64,000 nucleotides of DNA from the NCBI GenBank assembly GCA_963666485.2, contig CAXXUO010000001.1, positions 1,312,001 through 1,376,000 of the forward strand, written 5' to 3'. This stretch comes from Syntrophorhabdaceae bacterium (GTDB lineage: Bacteria > Desulfobacterota > Syntrophorhabdia > Syntrophorhabdales > Syntrophorhabdaceae). Each line of letters starts with the position of its first letter. The stretch's first letter is position 1. The position numbers were made by a program, and so were the translations under genes. The notes beneath the pieces were generated by a model, which was given only the letters and a program-made list of their open reading frames with translations, did not search any database and was not told the DNA's origin. Of the stretch, positions 48,571-59,641 are shown piece by piece.

Positions 48571-49023
48571 TTGGATATGAAAACTGCACAAGAAATGCTG
48601 AAAAACAAAAGCAAAGAGATCTGGTCCGTAAAACCGGACAATACCGTATTCGATGCCTTGCAGTTGATGGGTGAAAAAGAGATCGGTGCCCTGATGGTCA
48701 TCGGTGACAATGGAAAGGTCCAGGGGATCATTTCAGAGAGGGACTATGCCCGTAAAATTATCCTTGTGGGTAAATCATCCCGTGATACGAAGGTCTCAGA
48801 GATCATGACCCCGGTCGATAAAATGTTTACGGTAAAGCCGGATACGAGCGTCGAGGACTGCATGGTCCTCATCACGGCGAAACGTATACGCCACGTCCCC
48901 GTGTTTGACAACGATAAGTTCATCGGCCTCGTTTCGATCGGTGACGTCGTAAAATCTATCATTTCCGAAAAAGACATGCTGATCGAGCACCTGTCGAATT
49001 ACATTGCGGGGAAGTACGTCTAA
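48571..49023 (+). CDS. CBS domain pair protein
   Basis: GIISERDYARK, RIRHVPV, GLVSIGDVVK; start 48571 (TTG) or 48577. Confidence 0.9.
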   Translation: MDMKTAQEMLKNKSKEIWSVKPDNTVFDALQLMGEKEIGALMVIGDNGKVQGIISERDYARKIILVGKSSRDTKVSEIMTPVDKMFTVKPDTSVEDCMVLITAKRIRHVPVFDNDKFIGLVSIGDVVKSIISEKDMLIEHLSNYIAGKYV

Positions 49024-49158
49024 AAGACGGTTCAAGGTTCAAAGTTCAAGGTTCAAGGTTAAAAACGATCCAACGCCGCCATTCCGAAAGGATGGCGGCT
49101 TTTCTTATGAAGTTTTTTTATCTTTTCCTTTGAACTTTGAACCTTGAACCTTGAACTA
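49021..49158. repeat. Inverted heptamer-array element filling a convergent intergenic gap
   Basis: TAAAAGACGGTTCAA(GGTTCAA)n ... (TTGAACC)n with central hairpin GCCGCCATTC-CGAAAG-GATGGCGGC followed by TTTT. Confidence 0.75.
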
Positions 49159-49482
49159 TTTTTTGATGTGCACTGCCAACCACACCGTCGGCTGTTTTTC
49201 ATCTGTGCGTGTTACCCTGTGACGGGTGAAGGCGGGGATGAAGACGTAGTCTCCCGGCTTGAGGGTGACGGGCTGGCCTTCATCTTCGAAGACAAGTTCA
49301 GCTGTGCCCTTGAGGAGGATGACCCATTCGTCATGGGCCTGATCGTACCAGCTTTCCTCGGGGGTTGTGTGCCCGTCGGATATGATCCTTTCTATCCTGA
49401 CGTCCCCTTTTTCAACGATCGTTTCGAATATCTCGTCAGGGATGATTGCCGGGACCTTTAAGAATATATTGTCTTTTTTCAT
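49156..49482 (-). CDS. Cupin domain protein
   Basis: VRIERIISDGH, WYDQ..DEWV, IPA..RHRV, WLAVH. Confidence 0.85.
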   Translation of the reverse strand: MKKDNIFLKVPAIIPDEIFETIVEKGDVRIERIISDGHTTPEESWYDQAHDEWVILLKGTAELVFEDEGQPVTLKPGDYVFIPAFTRHRVTRTDEKQPTVWLAVHIKK

Positions 49483-49964
49483 CAGTCCCGCCCGGGCCTC
49501 ACGGCTTTGATCGTCCGTTTTTCCCGTATCTTTGTCAGTGTGTCACTGAATTCCTCGTTTTTCGGCTGCATGGTAACGGCCGTCTGCGCCAGGCTTTCCG
49601 CTTCGTCGAGGTTGGTGTCCTCCGAGTAATAAAGCCACGCGAGGTTATTATAAGCGTTCGGGTCCTGCGTCTTGTCTATCACCTCGCGGTAGGCTTTTTC
49701 GGCCTTATCGGTCATTCCTCTCTGGAAATACACGTTGCCCAGGTAAAGGTACGCGATGGGCATCTCCCTAGATGCTATCCTGTATTCCCTCTCCGCGCCA
49801 TCAAAATCGTGCAGATTTTCATAGGCAACGCCGAGGTTTATATGTTCCTGTGGTGTGAGGAGGCCATTTCCGGTTGGGTAGGGAAGCCCGCAGCCGGCGA
49901 CCAGGGCCGTGAAAAATATCAGGAGGGCACAATACGCAAAGCCCGGTATCCGGTTCTTCTTCAT
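49482..49964 (-). CDS. TPR-repeat lipoprotein
   Basis: Lipobox VAGC; HINLGVAY, AYLYLGNVY, AYNNLAWLY. Confidence 0.82.
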   Translation of the reverse strand: MKKNRIPGFAYCALLIFFTALVAGCGLPYPTGNGLLTPQEHINLGVAYENLHDFDGAEREYRIASREMPIAYLYLGNVYFQRGMTDKAEKAYREVIDKTQDPNAYNNLAWLYYSEDTNLDEAESLAQTAVTMQPKNEEFSDTLTKIREKRTIKAVRPGRD

Positions 49965-50002
49965 ATTTTCTCCAGGTCTGAGTTCGGGATAATCTCCTTT
50001 AA

Positions 50003-51472
<1,470 letters not shown>

Positions 51473-51493
51473 GGGGCTTTACATATGCGGGAG

Positions 51494-51535
51494 GTCAGCG
51501 CCCCGGATGCAGGGGGGGCGCTGACCGCTTTTTTT
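51494..51535 (+). terminator. Rho-independent terminator
   Basis: GGTCAGCGCCCC..GGGGCGCTGACC plus T tract. Confidence 0.78.
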
Positions 51536-51755
51536 ATGAGGGAGGAGGCTGCTGGGTCGGCTGCTCGGGGGGCCGGCATGAATTCATGCAATTGTAATAA
51601 CATTCAGATTGCTTCTTGTTCGAGCACTTTGATTCGGTGCAGCAATTTGATACGCACTTCTCATGGCACGACAGCGCCGCGAACGCAGGGGATCCTGACG
51701 TGATGAACATAGTCGCGGCGAACAAAATTACCAGGAGTAGAAAACATTTTTTCAT
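51534..51755 (-). CDS. Small secreted cysteine-rich protein, 73 aa
   Basis: GGAGGTG RBS, upstream TTGACG..TATAAA, signal peptide ending AFA, 8 Cys in mature part. Confidence 0.72.
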   Translation of the reverse strand: MKKCFLLLVILFAATMFITSGSPAFAALSCHEKCVSNCCTESKCSNKKQSECYYNCMNSCRPPEQPTQQPPPS

Positions 51756-51920
51756 CGATTCACCTCCATAGGTGCATGACGATTTATAACACTATCGGGA
51801 CATTTCCGTCAATGACGGACGTCACACTTAAAATGGCGGAATGTTAAGAATTTGGATGCTTTTTAGTACGATATGGGATAGATTAAGGACAGACAATCCG
51901 GGCAAAAATGGTAGTGCAGA

Positions 51921-52835
51921 ATGGTAAAAAATTACAGCATCGTAGATTCCCGCGTCGTGGAAGGCAGGGGCGAAAAGGAGCGCATCTCCGTCTACATCAA
52001 CCCTGATGAAAGTGAACGGCGTCACCTCATAGACCATCACCAGATAGACGAGCACACCCTTCTGTCCGCCCTCGACCCCGACGAGCTTTCCCGTATCGAG
52101 ATCGAATCGGACCATATCGCGATAATCCTTAAATCCCCGGTAAATTACCTGGCCGAGCACGCCTTTGAGTTCCTGGTATCGTCGATGGGAATGTTCCTGT
52201 TCGAGGATAAGCTTATCATCGTCATGGCCGAAGACCTTCCTATCTTCGACAGCAAGACATTTTCCCGGGTGAACCGCCTTGCAGAGACGATGCTGAAGAT
52301 TGTAAGTTACAGTATTTTCCGTTTCCTCGAGCACTTAAGGGTCATCGACATGGTTTCCGATGAACTGGCGGATAAGATCAGCACATCCATGGAGAACACC
52401 TACCTACTGAACCTTTTTGCACTCGAAAAATCCCTTGTCTATTACCAGAATGCCATCAATTCCAACTCGGTCCTCATTGAGAAAATGAAGATCTATACCC
52501 AGAGGATCGGATTCACACGGGACGACACCGAATTGCTCGATGACGTCACCATCGAGAACACCCAGTGCTACAAGCAGGCGGAGATATACTCGAACATTCT
52601 CGCGAGCATGATGGACGCCCGCGTTTCTATCGTGAACAACAACCTGAACATTCTCATGAAGAAACTGACGTTCGTCACGATCGCCATCATGGTCCCGACA
52701 TTTGTTGTCAGCGCGTTCTCCATGAACGTCGCTTTTCCTTTCCAGGGCCATCCCTACGCGTTCTGGATAATCCTCACCCTCGCGATCTGCGCAATGGGGA
52801 GCTTTTTCTTTTTCTGGAGCCTCAGAAACAAATAA
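51921..52835 (+). CDS. CorA family Mg2+/Co2+ transporter
   Basis: LDPDELSRIE, NNNLN..MKKLT, SMN in place of GMN, two C-terminal TMs. Confidence 0.87.
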   Translation: MVKNYSIVDSRVVEGRGEKERISVYINPDESERRHLIDHHQIDEHTLLSALDPDELSRIEIESDHIAIILKSPVNYLAEHAFEFLVSSMGMFLFEDKLIIVMAEDLPIFDSKTFSRVNRLAETMLKIVSYSIFRFLEHLRVIDMVSDELADKISTSMENTYLLNLFALEKSLVYYQNAINSNSVLIEKMKIYTQRIGFTRDDTELLDDVTIENTQCYKQAEIYSNILASMMDARVSIVNNNLNILMKKLTFVTIAIMVPTFVVSAFSMNVAFPFQGHPYAFWIILTLAICAMGSFFFFWSLRNK

Positions 52836-52844
52836 CCGGGTCTT

Positions 52845-53194
52845 AAAGACATCCTCTCGCCCGCTTCGCTCAAGCTCACAGAGGTCACAGAGAACTGCGA
52901 AGGAAAAAGACTTTGCCGGCTGGTCGCGGAGCCGACCACGACCAGCCGGCACTTTCATCGGCTTCGCCGAGGAAAAGAAAAAAACAATACAAGGAAATTA
53001 ACGGTCCAAGCGGTCCATCCTGCCTGAAGGGCAGGATTGAAGATGCCGCCCTGATAGCCGGGTACCCGCCTCCGAGCTTGCTATTGGCGGGTGGCAATGG
53101 TAAGGCTCCGGGCTCCCGCGGCCTCCGCCTTTCTCCGCGGCCTCCGCGAGCTCGAGAGAGGAGCGCAAGCGACGAGCGGGCGAGAGAGTGTCTT
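52845..53194. mobile_element. Structured intergenic element with terminal inverted repeats (MITE or ncRNA candidate)
   Basis: AAAGACATCCTCTCGCCCGCT / AGCGGGCGAGAGAGTGTCTTT ends and several internal hairpins. Confidence 0.55.
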
Positions 53195-53265
53195 TTATGT
53201 TCGCAATTTCCTGCTGGATACTCTTTTTGGTTTTGATTACAATGTATCAGGTTCACCAACACGAC

Positions 53266-53742
53266 ATGATAGCTGCCTCAGGAAAAAGAAGTGCGGGATT
53301 GCTCATGTTCCGCCGGAAGGGGACTGCTGTAGAGGTTCTGCTTGTCCATCCCGGCGGGCCCTTCTGGGCAAAAAAGGACGAAGGCGCCTGGAGTCTGCCC
53401 AAAGGCGTGATAGACCCGGGAGAAGATGAACTCCTTGCCGCCATACGCGAATTCGAGGAGGAGACGGGTTTCACGGCGGAAGGGGACTTTATTGCCCTGA
53501 CGCCGAGGCGTCAGCCGAGCGGGAAGATCATATACGCATGGGCCATCGAGGGCGACGGCGACCCTTCGGCCATGAAAAGCAACACGTTTACCATGGAATG
53601 GCCCCCGCGATCGGGAAAAATGGGCGAATTTCCCGAGGCGGACCGGGTCGAATGGTTCGATATCGAATCGGCCAAATCAAAGATAATCAAGGGCCAGAAA
53701 GACTTCATCGAAGAATTCGAAGATTTTATAAAAGAACAGTGA
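53266..53742 (+). CDS. NUDIX hydrolase
   Basis: SAGLLMFR, HPGGPFW, PKG.....E..L.AAIREFEEETG, FPEADR. Confidence 0.88.
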   Translation: MIAASGKRSAGLLMFRRKGTAVEVLLVHPGGPFWAKKDEGAWSLPKGVIDPGEDELLAAIREFEEETGFTAEGDFIALTPRRQPSGKIIYAWAIEGDGDPSAMKSNTFTMEWPPRSGKMGEFPEADRVEWFDIESAKSKIIKGQKDFIEEFEDFIKEQ

Positions 53743-53766
53743 CGCACCCGGAATTAATGCGGATGA

Positions 53767-54063
53767 TCAGCCCAGGAATTCGGCTAAGAGTTTATCTATA
53801 TCGTCCTGCGACATTGTCTCAGAGCCCGAGGAAGACGGGGCACCAGCTTCCCTGCCGGGTTCCTCTCCCGTTTGCATGAGATCAAGCCCCCCCGGGGTTT
53901 CCGGTGGTCCGCCTGTTTCAGCGGTCTCGGTACCCTGTGCTGACGTTATATCCCCGAAGAGGGCATCGAGGTCTGACTGGGAGAGCCCGCTGCTCTCATC
54001 TTTCTGAGGCGCACCGCCCCCGAAGAGGGCATCGAGATCTGATTGAGAAAGTACTTCACTCAT
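53767..54063 (-). CDS. Small acidic protein with three FliM-N-like motifs
   Basis: LSQSDLDALF twice and MSQDDIDKLL, separated by G/S/E/P-rich linkers. Confidence 0.72.
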   Translation of the reverse strand: MSEVLSQSDLDALFGGGAPQKDESSGLSQSDLDALFGDITSAQGTETAETGGPPETPGGLDLMQTGEEPGREAGAPSSSGSETMSQDDIDKLLAEFLG

Positions 54064-54195
54064 GTATTATTATGACCTTCCTGTGCCTGGTACTATACTT
54101 ATCGGCAGGGACCCAAAAAACGTTATTCCCGGCCGATCCGGCCACCTCGTGCCTTGACAGTTATTCCCGCATCTGGTAAGGAATGAGTACGTCGC

Positions 54196-55437
54196 ATGAA
54201 AATCAAATATGCTCTCTTGATCATGACGCTTATCGTTCTGTCCCCGGTGATAGTGGGGGGAGAAAGCTGTACGGACTGCCATACCGATGAATCGATCATG
54301 AGATCTCTCGTTGAGATGCCCAAACAAAAAGCGGGCACGACCCCGGGGCTCATCGGGCCTCAAGGGCCGTATCCCCTGATCAAGGCCGACACATATTACA
54401 AAAGATACTATGTCGATAAGGCCCTTCTGGAAAAGGACCCTCACCTCCTGGAAGGCTGCACGCCCTGTCATAAAGGGAATGAGAAGGCGACAGATAAGGA
54501 CGACGCACATAAGGGCTTCGTGAAGAAGCCATCAGCCGACCTGAAATTGTGCGGCAGATGCCACGACGATGTCACGAAACCCTATGAGAATTCGCTTCAC
54601 GCGTCACTGCAGGGCTTCACGACAAAGATGTCGAAGAGGCTCGGCGCGAAAGAAGAAAAGGTCTTCACGGAGAAGGTCTTCGGCCAATCCTGCCGGAGCT
54701 GCCACGCGACCTGCGGCGATTGCCACGTGAGTTCCCCTGCGGTTGACGGGATCAGGACGGGCTTCATAAAGGGACACGCCTTCGTAAGGAAAGACGAGGG
54801 GAAAACCTGCGCCGTCTGCCATGGCGGGCGGGTCTACCCGGAGTACACGGGTACATATGGCGGACCGCCCGACGTTCATTATCAGAAAGGGATGTCCTGT
54901 GTGCAATGCCACAAGAAAGGCCAGGTGCACGGGGACGGCAACGCATACAGGATGATGGGCGAATCGAGGTCGACCCCGGCTTGCAGGGACTGCCACAAGA
55001 AAGGTTCTGAGAAAAAGGGCGTTGCCCGGCTTGCCCATACGAAGCATGATGGCAGGGTAACCTGCTACGGATGCCACGTCGACGGCGAATATCGCACCTG
55101 CTCCGGATGCCACGACGGGAAAACCGTGACGTCGAAACCGGGCTTTGTCCTCGGGGCTGACCCCTCTGATAAGAGGGTCCTGACGACGCTCAGGCAGGTA
55201 CCGGTGACGCGGGACAGCTTCGTCAAGGCAGGCATCAGAATGGAACGTTACGATGCCCTGCCGGATTATCGCGCCGCGTATGTTCACAAGATACGAAGGG
55301 TAACCGACCGGACCCGTTCATGCGATATCTGTCACGTGAGCAGGAAGGGTTTTCTTACGAAGGATTCCGCCGTGAAAGGCGCATCCCGGGCAAACGAAGA
55401 CCTGATCTTCAAAATGGCCCCTTTTAATTTGGAATGA
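54196..55437 (+). CDS. Periplasmic multiheme cytochrome c (11 CxxCH)
   Basis: Signal peptide; 11 CxxCH counted. Confidence 0.9.
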   Translation: MKIKYALLIMTLIVLSPVIVGGESCTDCHTDESIMRSLVEMPKQKAGTTPGLIGPQGPYPLIKADTYYKRYYVDKALLEKDPHLLEGCTPCHKGNEKATDKDDAHKGFVKKPSADLKLCGRCHDDVTKPYENSLHASLQGFTTKMSKRLGAKEEKVFTEKVFGQSCRSCHATCGDCHVSSPAVDGIRTGFIKGHAFVRKDEGKTCAVCHGGRVYPEYTGTYGGPPDVHYQKGMSCVQCHKKGQVHGDGNAYRMMGESRSTPACRDCHKKGSEKKGVARLAHTKHDGRVTCYGCHVDGEYRTCSGCHDGKTVTSKPGFVLGADPSDKRVLTTLRQVPVTRDSFVKAGIRMERYDALPDYRAAYVHKIRRVTDRTRSCDICHVSRKGFLTKDSAVKGASRANEDLIFKMAPFNLE

Positions 55438-57323
55438 GGCGAAAGGCAATGAGGTTGATCACGGCGGCTCGACAAGCCAAAGATTTTTTCCTGGGCACCC
55501 TTCTTGTCGCCCTTATGACCTTCGGCCTCGCTTTCAGCGCGAACGCGGCTGTAAGCTGTGTTGATTGCCACGATGGCAAGAAATTCACGACGCTCCACAA
55601 AGAGTCCGCCCACGGGAACATCGCGTGCATTTCATGCCACACGATCTCGGGCGGCCTCGACAGGCACGTGCTGAAAAAGGAAAAACCGGCCCTCATCTCG
55701 TGCGGGCAATGCCATAAGGAAACAGAGAAGACCTACAGAACGAGCGTCCACTCTGTCAAGGCGGGCCTTACGTGCTACGGTTGCCATACGGATATCCATA
55801 CCTTCAAACCGCTGAAAGACAATGTTAAGACAGCCGTGATACGCAGCTGCACGCGGTGCCATGCCGGTGATACGTATGTCATGTCGGGGCACGGTGCTGC
55901 GGTCATGGCCGGAAACAACGATTCTGCGGCATGCAGCGACTGCCACGGCGTGCATGGCATAAAGGCCTACCGGACGCATGGCGACAGGCGGCAAACCCTG
56001 GAGGCGCGGGAGTTCTACAATAAATCCTGCAAGTCCTGCCATTCCGACAGGCAGATGATGCTGCGGAACAAGTTGTCCCCTGATATCGTCAAATTCTACG
56101 AGGAAACATATCACGGCAAGGTCGAGGACCTGGGCTACCCGACGAGCGTCGCGGGATGCGCCGACTGTCATACGAACCATAATATACTGCCCCCGTCGGA
56201 CCCGGCGTCCATCTTAAACCCCCGCAACCTCGTGAAGAACTGCAGGACGTGCCACGCCGGCATCCATCAGCGCTTCGCCGAGTACAAGGCCCATCCCGAT
56301 TACCGGAACGCAAAAAAGTACCCTCTCCTCTACATAAGTTTTATCGCCATGGCGGCCCTCCTGCTCGTGACATTCACGTTTTACTGGACGCACACGATCC
56401 TGTGGTGGAGAAAGGTATACTGGGAAAAACACAGGCTCGAGGAAATGGGGATAAAGCTTGAGAGCCCCTTTACCCACGAAGAGGGTGTTCAGGAGATCAG
56501 ACGCTTCAGGGTCCGTGACCGCATCATGCACGTTTTCCTGGTCATGTCTTTCTTTGGCCTTGTCATCACCGGCTTCCCCTTAAAGTATCACAGCACCCTC
56601 TGGGCGAAGCTGCTCATTAAGGGCATGGGAGGCGCTTTCAACGCGGGGTTCTACCACAGGGTATCCGCCGTTGTCCTTATCATTCTCTTCCTTATCACGA
56701 TCGGAAGATCGCTTCGCTTCCTCTTCCCGAAGGGTCTCGGGAAAAATGCCCGGAAGGGATGGGTCGAGAGGCTTTTCGGCCCCGACTCCCTGGTGCCGAA
56801 CGCCAACGACTGGCGGCAGTTCAAGCAGATGGTGCGGTGGTTTTTCAACAAAGACGAATACCCGAAGTTTGACAGGTGGACATACTGGGAAAAATTCGAC
56901 TTCCTCGCAGTCTTCTGGGGCATGGTGATCATCGGAGGCTCAGGGATTACCCTCTGGGCACCCGAGTGGGCATCATACATTTATCCCGGATGGATATTCA
57001 ACATCGCGAGCATCCTTCATTCCGAGGAGGCGCTGCTGGCGGCTCTCTTCATATTCACGGTCCACTTCTTCAACACGCACCTCGTCCCCACCCGGTTCCC
57101 CATGGACCCCGTCATATTCACGGGCAGTTACCAGCAGGAAGAATTGTGGCGGTCGAGGGCCCTCGAATATGAAAGACTGGTAAAAGAAGGCAGGTTAGAG
57201 GACCTCAAGATAAAACACCCGTCCATTTCGCTCAAGATCTTCGCCGCCATATTCGGTCACGTGAGCCTGTGGCTCGGCATACTCTTCACCCTCATCCTGC
57301 TGTGGACGTTCTTTTACGGATAA
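55434..57323 (+). CDS. Multiheme cytochrome c (9 CxxCH) fused to a cytochrome b-type membrane domain (CbcL-like)
   Basis: 9 CxxCH, then TM domain with RIMH, FYHR, YWEKFDF.AVFWG, LHSEEALLA, VHFF. Confidence 0.88.
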   Translation: MRRKAMRLITAARQAKDFFLGTLLVALMTFGLAFSANAAVSCVDCHDGKKFTTLHKESAHGNIACISCHTISGGLDRHVLKKEKPALISCGQCHKETEKTYRTSVHSVKAGLTCYGCHTDIHTFKPLKDNVKTAVIRSCTRCHAGDTYVMSGHGAAVMAGNNDSAACSDCHGVHGIKAYRTHGDRRQTLEAREFYNKSCKSCHSDRQMMLRNKLSPDIVKFYEETYHGKVEDLGYPTSVAGCADCHTNHNILPPSDPASILNPRNLVKNCRTCHAGIHQRFAEYKAHPDYRNAKKYPLLYISFIAMAALLLVTFTFYWTHTILWWRKVYWEKHRLEEMGIKLESPFTHEEGVQEIRRFRVRDRIMHVFLVMSFFGLVITGFPLKYHSTLWAKLLIKGMGGAFNAGFYHRVSAVVLIILFLITIGRSLRFLFPKGLGKNARKGWVERLFGPDSLVPNANDWRQFKQMVRWFFNKDEYPKFDRWTYWEKFDFLAVFWGMVIIGGSGITLWAPEWASYIYPGWIFNIASILHSEEALLAALFIFTVHFFNTHLVPTRFPMDPVIFTGSYQQEELWRSRALEYERLVKEGRLEDLKIKHPSISLKIFAAIFGHVSLWLGILFTLILLWTFFYG

Positions 57324-57444
57324 AAAACAGTTCCAGGTTCCACGTTCCACATTCTGTGTTTCTACGTTCGGTCTTCCAGATTCCAGGTTATAATTTTTCC
57401 ATCATTTCCGATTTGATCTCCATCATTTCCGATTCCTATTTTCC

Positions 57445-57540
57445 GTCATCCCGGGCCTGACCCGGGACCCAAGGTTTTTCTTTTTTCTCTTTGCGGGTTC
57501 ATTTGCATACGAATGGGTCCCGGGTCAAGCCCGGGATGAC
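57445..57540. repeat. REP doublet (REPIN-like)
   Basis: GTCATCCCGGGCCTGACCCGGGACCCA ... TGGGTCCCGGGTCAAGCCCGGGATGAC; near-identical to 976-1095. Confidence 0.8.
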
Positions 57541-57626
57541 GACGAGGCTTAATTGCTATGGCCGGAATGTCGGGTTGACCGGCATTATCGTTGCACCTGC
57601 CCGACTTCTCTGTTATCCTTTTTTCC

Positions 57627-58571
57627 ATGGCACTCGTCAATATCGATAAAAAGGACGTCAAGCTCATCATGATCGGCGGCAAGGGCGGGGTCGGCAAGAC
57701 GACCTGCGCCTCGGCGATAGCCCTCAAGATGGCGAAGGAAGGCCGGAAGGTGCTTATCATCACGAGCGACCCGGCGCCTTCATTATCGGACATTTTCGAG
57801 AAGGAAATAGGCGATGCCGAGACGCGCATCCATGACACGTACGAGCTGTACGGGCTCGAGGTGTCCTCAGACATTGTCCTGAAGAGATGGAAGGAGCGTT
57901 TCGGGCCGGAGATCTACGAGGTCGTATCGTCGTTCGCGGCCGTCGATTATGATTTTGTCGAATATATCGGCACCGCGCCGGGCATAGAAGAGGAGTATAT
58001 GCTCAACTTCATCATGGAGCTCGTCGAGGGCGGATCGTATGATGTCGTGGTGTGGGACACGGCGCCGGCGGGGCATACGCTGCGGCTCCTCAAGCTTCCC
58101 GAGCTTTTTCTTTCGCACATGGAAGCCGCCACGAAATTCTACATGAACATCTACGGATATATCGAGAAGGTCAAGGATACGGTGCGCCTGAAGGAATCGA
58201 AGAAGACGCTCCTGCAGATCATCGCGGGGTGGGAGGCACTGTCGGAACGCATCGTCGAATTCATCCGGGACGGCAGGTCGGTGAAATACCTCATCGTCAC
58301 GATACCGGAGGCCCTCGGCGTGAAGATGACGAACCGCGTCATCAGTGAGCTTGAAGATAATCACCTCACCGTCGAGAACCTCGTTATCAACAACGTGGTG
58401 GAAGAAGCGGACTGCGAGTTCCACCGTCAGCGCAAGGCCATGCAGGAACAGTACATCGGGGAGCTCAGAAAAACCTACGACGGCAAGAACATTACCATCA
58501 TTTACCTTGCCCCGCATGAAATAAAGGGTGTGGAAAAGATCGCCGGCATAGCCGGTGTTCTTTTCGGGTAG
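57627..58571 (+). CDS. ArsA/GET3-family ATPase (single domain)
   Basis: GGKGGVGKTT, SDPAPSLSD, DTAPAGHTLRLL. Confidence 0.9.
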   Translation: MALVNIDKKDVKLIMIGGKGGVGKTTCASAIALKMAKEGRKVLIITSDPAPSLSDIFEKEIGDAETRIHDTYELYGLEVSSDIVLKRWKERFGPEIYEVVSSFAAVDYDFVEYIGTAPGIEEEYMLNFIMELVEGGSYDVVVWDTAPAGHTLRLLKLPELFLSHMEAATKFYMNIYGYIEKVKDTVRLKESKKTLLQIIAGWEALSERIVEFIRDGRSVKYLIVTIPEALGVKMTNRVISELEDNHLTVENLVINNVVEEADCEFHRQRKAMQEQYIGELRKTYDGKNITIIYLAPHEIKGVEKIAGIAGVLFG

Positions 58572-58573
58572 CC

Positions 58574-59146
58574 ATGTCAACGATACGGATCACCGGCGGC
58601 AGACTGAACGGGATGTCGATACAGGTCCGTGCCAATGAGGTCGCCCGGTACACCTCTTCCAAGGTCAGGCAGGCCATATTCAACATGTTAGGCGACATTG
58701 AAGGCCTCAGTGTGCTTGAATTGTTCGCCGGATCGGGCTCGTTCTCGATCGAGGCATTGAGCAGGGGAGCGTCGTCGGCAACCCTCGTCGAGGCCGACAG
58801 GAGAATGACCGGTCTCATAGCGAAGAATCTCGACAAAACAGGCCTAAATAAATATTGCGAAGTCCACCATATGGATGTAAGATATGCCGTCCCTTTGCTC
58901 TTTGGAAGGAAGTGCATTTATGATATTATTTTCATGGATCCTCCTTATGAAATGGGATACGTGATGCAGGTCATGACACTTCTCGAAGCACATCCGCTGT
59001 ACAATCACGATACTACCGTTATAGCTGAATACTCCCGGCGGGAAAATGACACGTTGGCCTTCTGTGAAGGCTTCGCCGGCCAAAAGACCAGGAAGTACGG
59101 GGATACTGTCATTACCATCGTGAGAAACATCAATCTTCCGGCATAA
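58574..59146 (+). CDS. rsmD: 16S rRNA m2G966 methyltransferase RsmD
   Basis: IRITGG, LELFAGSGS..IEALSRGA, FMDPPY; upstream of coaD. Confidence 0.9.
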   Translation: MSTIRITGGRLNGMSIQVRANEVARYTSSKVRQAIFNMLGDIEGLSVLELFAGSGSFSIEALSRGASSATLVEADRRMTGLIAKNLDKTGLNKYCEVHHMDVRYAVPLLFGRKCIYDIIFMDPPYEMGYVMQVMTLLEAHPLYNHDTTVIAEYSRRENDTLAFCEGFAGQKTRKYGDTVITIVRNINLPA

Positions 59147-59155
59147 GGAGAGGCC

Positions 59156-59641
59156 ATGAAAAGAAAGCTCGCTGTCTATCCAGGTTCCTTTGATCCCGTC
59201 ACGTTCGGTCATCTCGATATACTCCAGCGGGGGCTTGAGCTGTTCGACAAGGTCATTATCGCCATAGCGTACAATATAGAGAAGAAAGGGTTGTTCAGCT
59301 TCGAGGAACGCAAAGAGCTCATCCAGCAGTCCATAAACGGGAACGAGAACGTCATCATCGACAGCTTCGACGGCCTGCTCATCGATTACGTGAAAAAAGT
59401 GAACGCGATGTTTGTCATCAGGGGCTTAAGGGCCATGAGCGATTTTGAGTATGAGTTCCAGATGGCGTCTATCAACCGGACGTTGAACCCGGGGATGGAC
59501 ACCCTGTTCATGATGACGAGCAAGGACTATTTTTTCATAAGCTCCCGGACGATCAAGGAAGTGGCGCAATTTCACGGGTCAGTCAGCAGTTTCGTCCCGG
59601 CCCCTGTTGAAAAGAGGCTCAGGGAGATCTTCGAGGGGTAA
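59156..59641 (+). CDS. coaD: Phosphopantetheine adenylyltransferase
   Basis: YPGSFDPVTFGH, RGLRAMSDFEYE. Confidence 0.96.
   Translation: MKRKLAVYPGSFDPVTFGHLDILQRGLELFDKVIIAIAYNIEKKGLFSFEERKELIQQSINGNENVIIDSFDGLLIDYVKKVNAMFVIRGLRAMSDFEYEFQMASINRTLNPGMDTLFMMTSKDYFFISSRTIKEVAQFHGSVSSFVPAPVEKRLREIFEG

Noticed and set aside
52885..53262. ORFs inside the structured intergenic element
   Set aside because: Low-complexity Arg/Pro/Ala translations without RBS or family motifs.
57627..58571. Arsenic resistance operon
   Set aside because: Single-domain ArsA-like ATPase without arsB/acr3, arsC, arsD or arsR; context is housekeeping.
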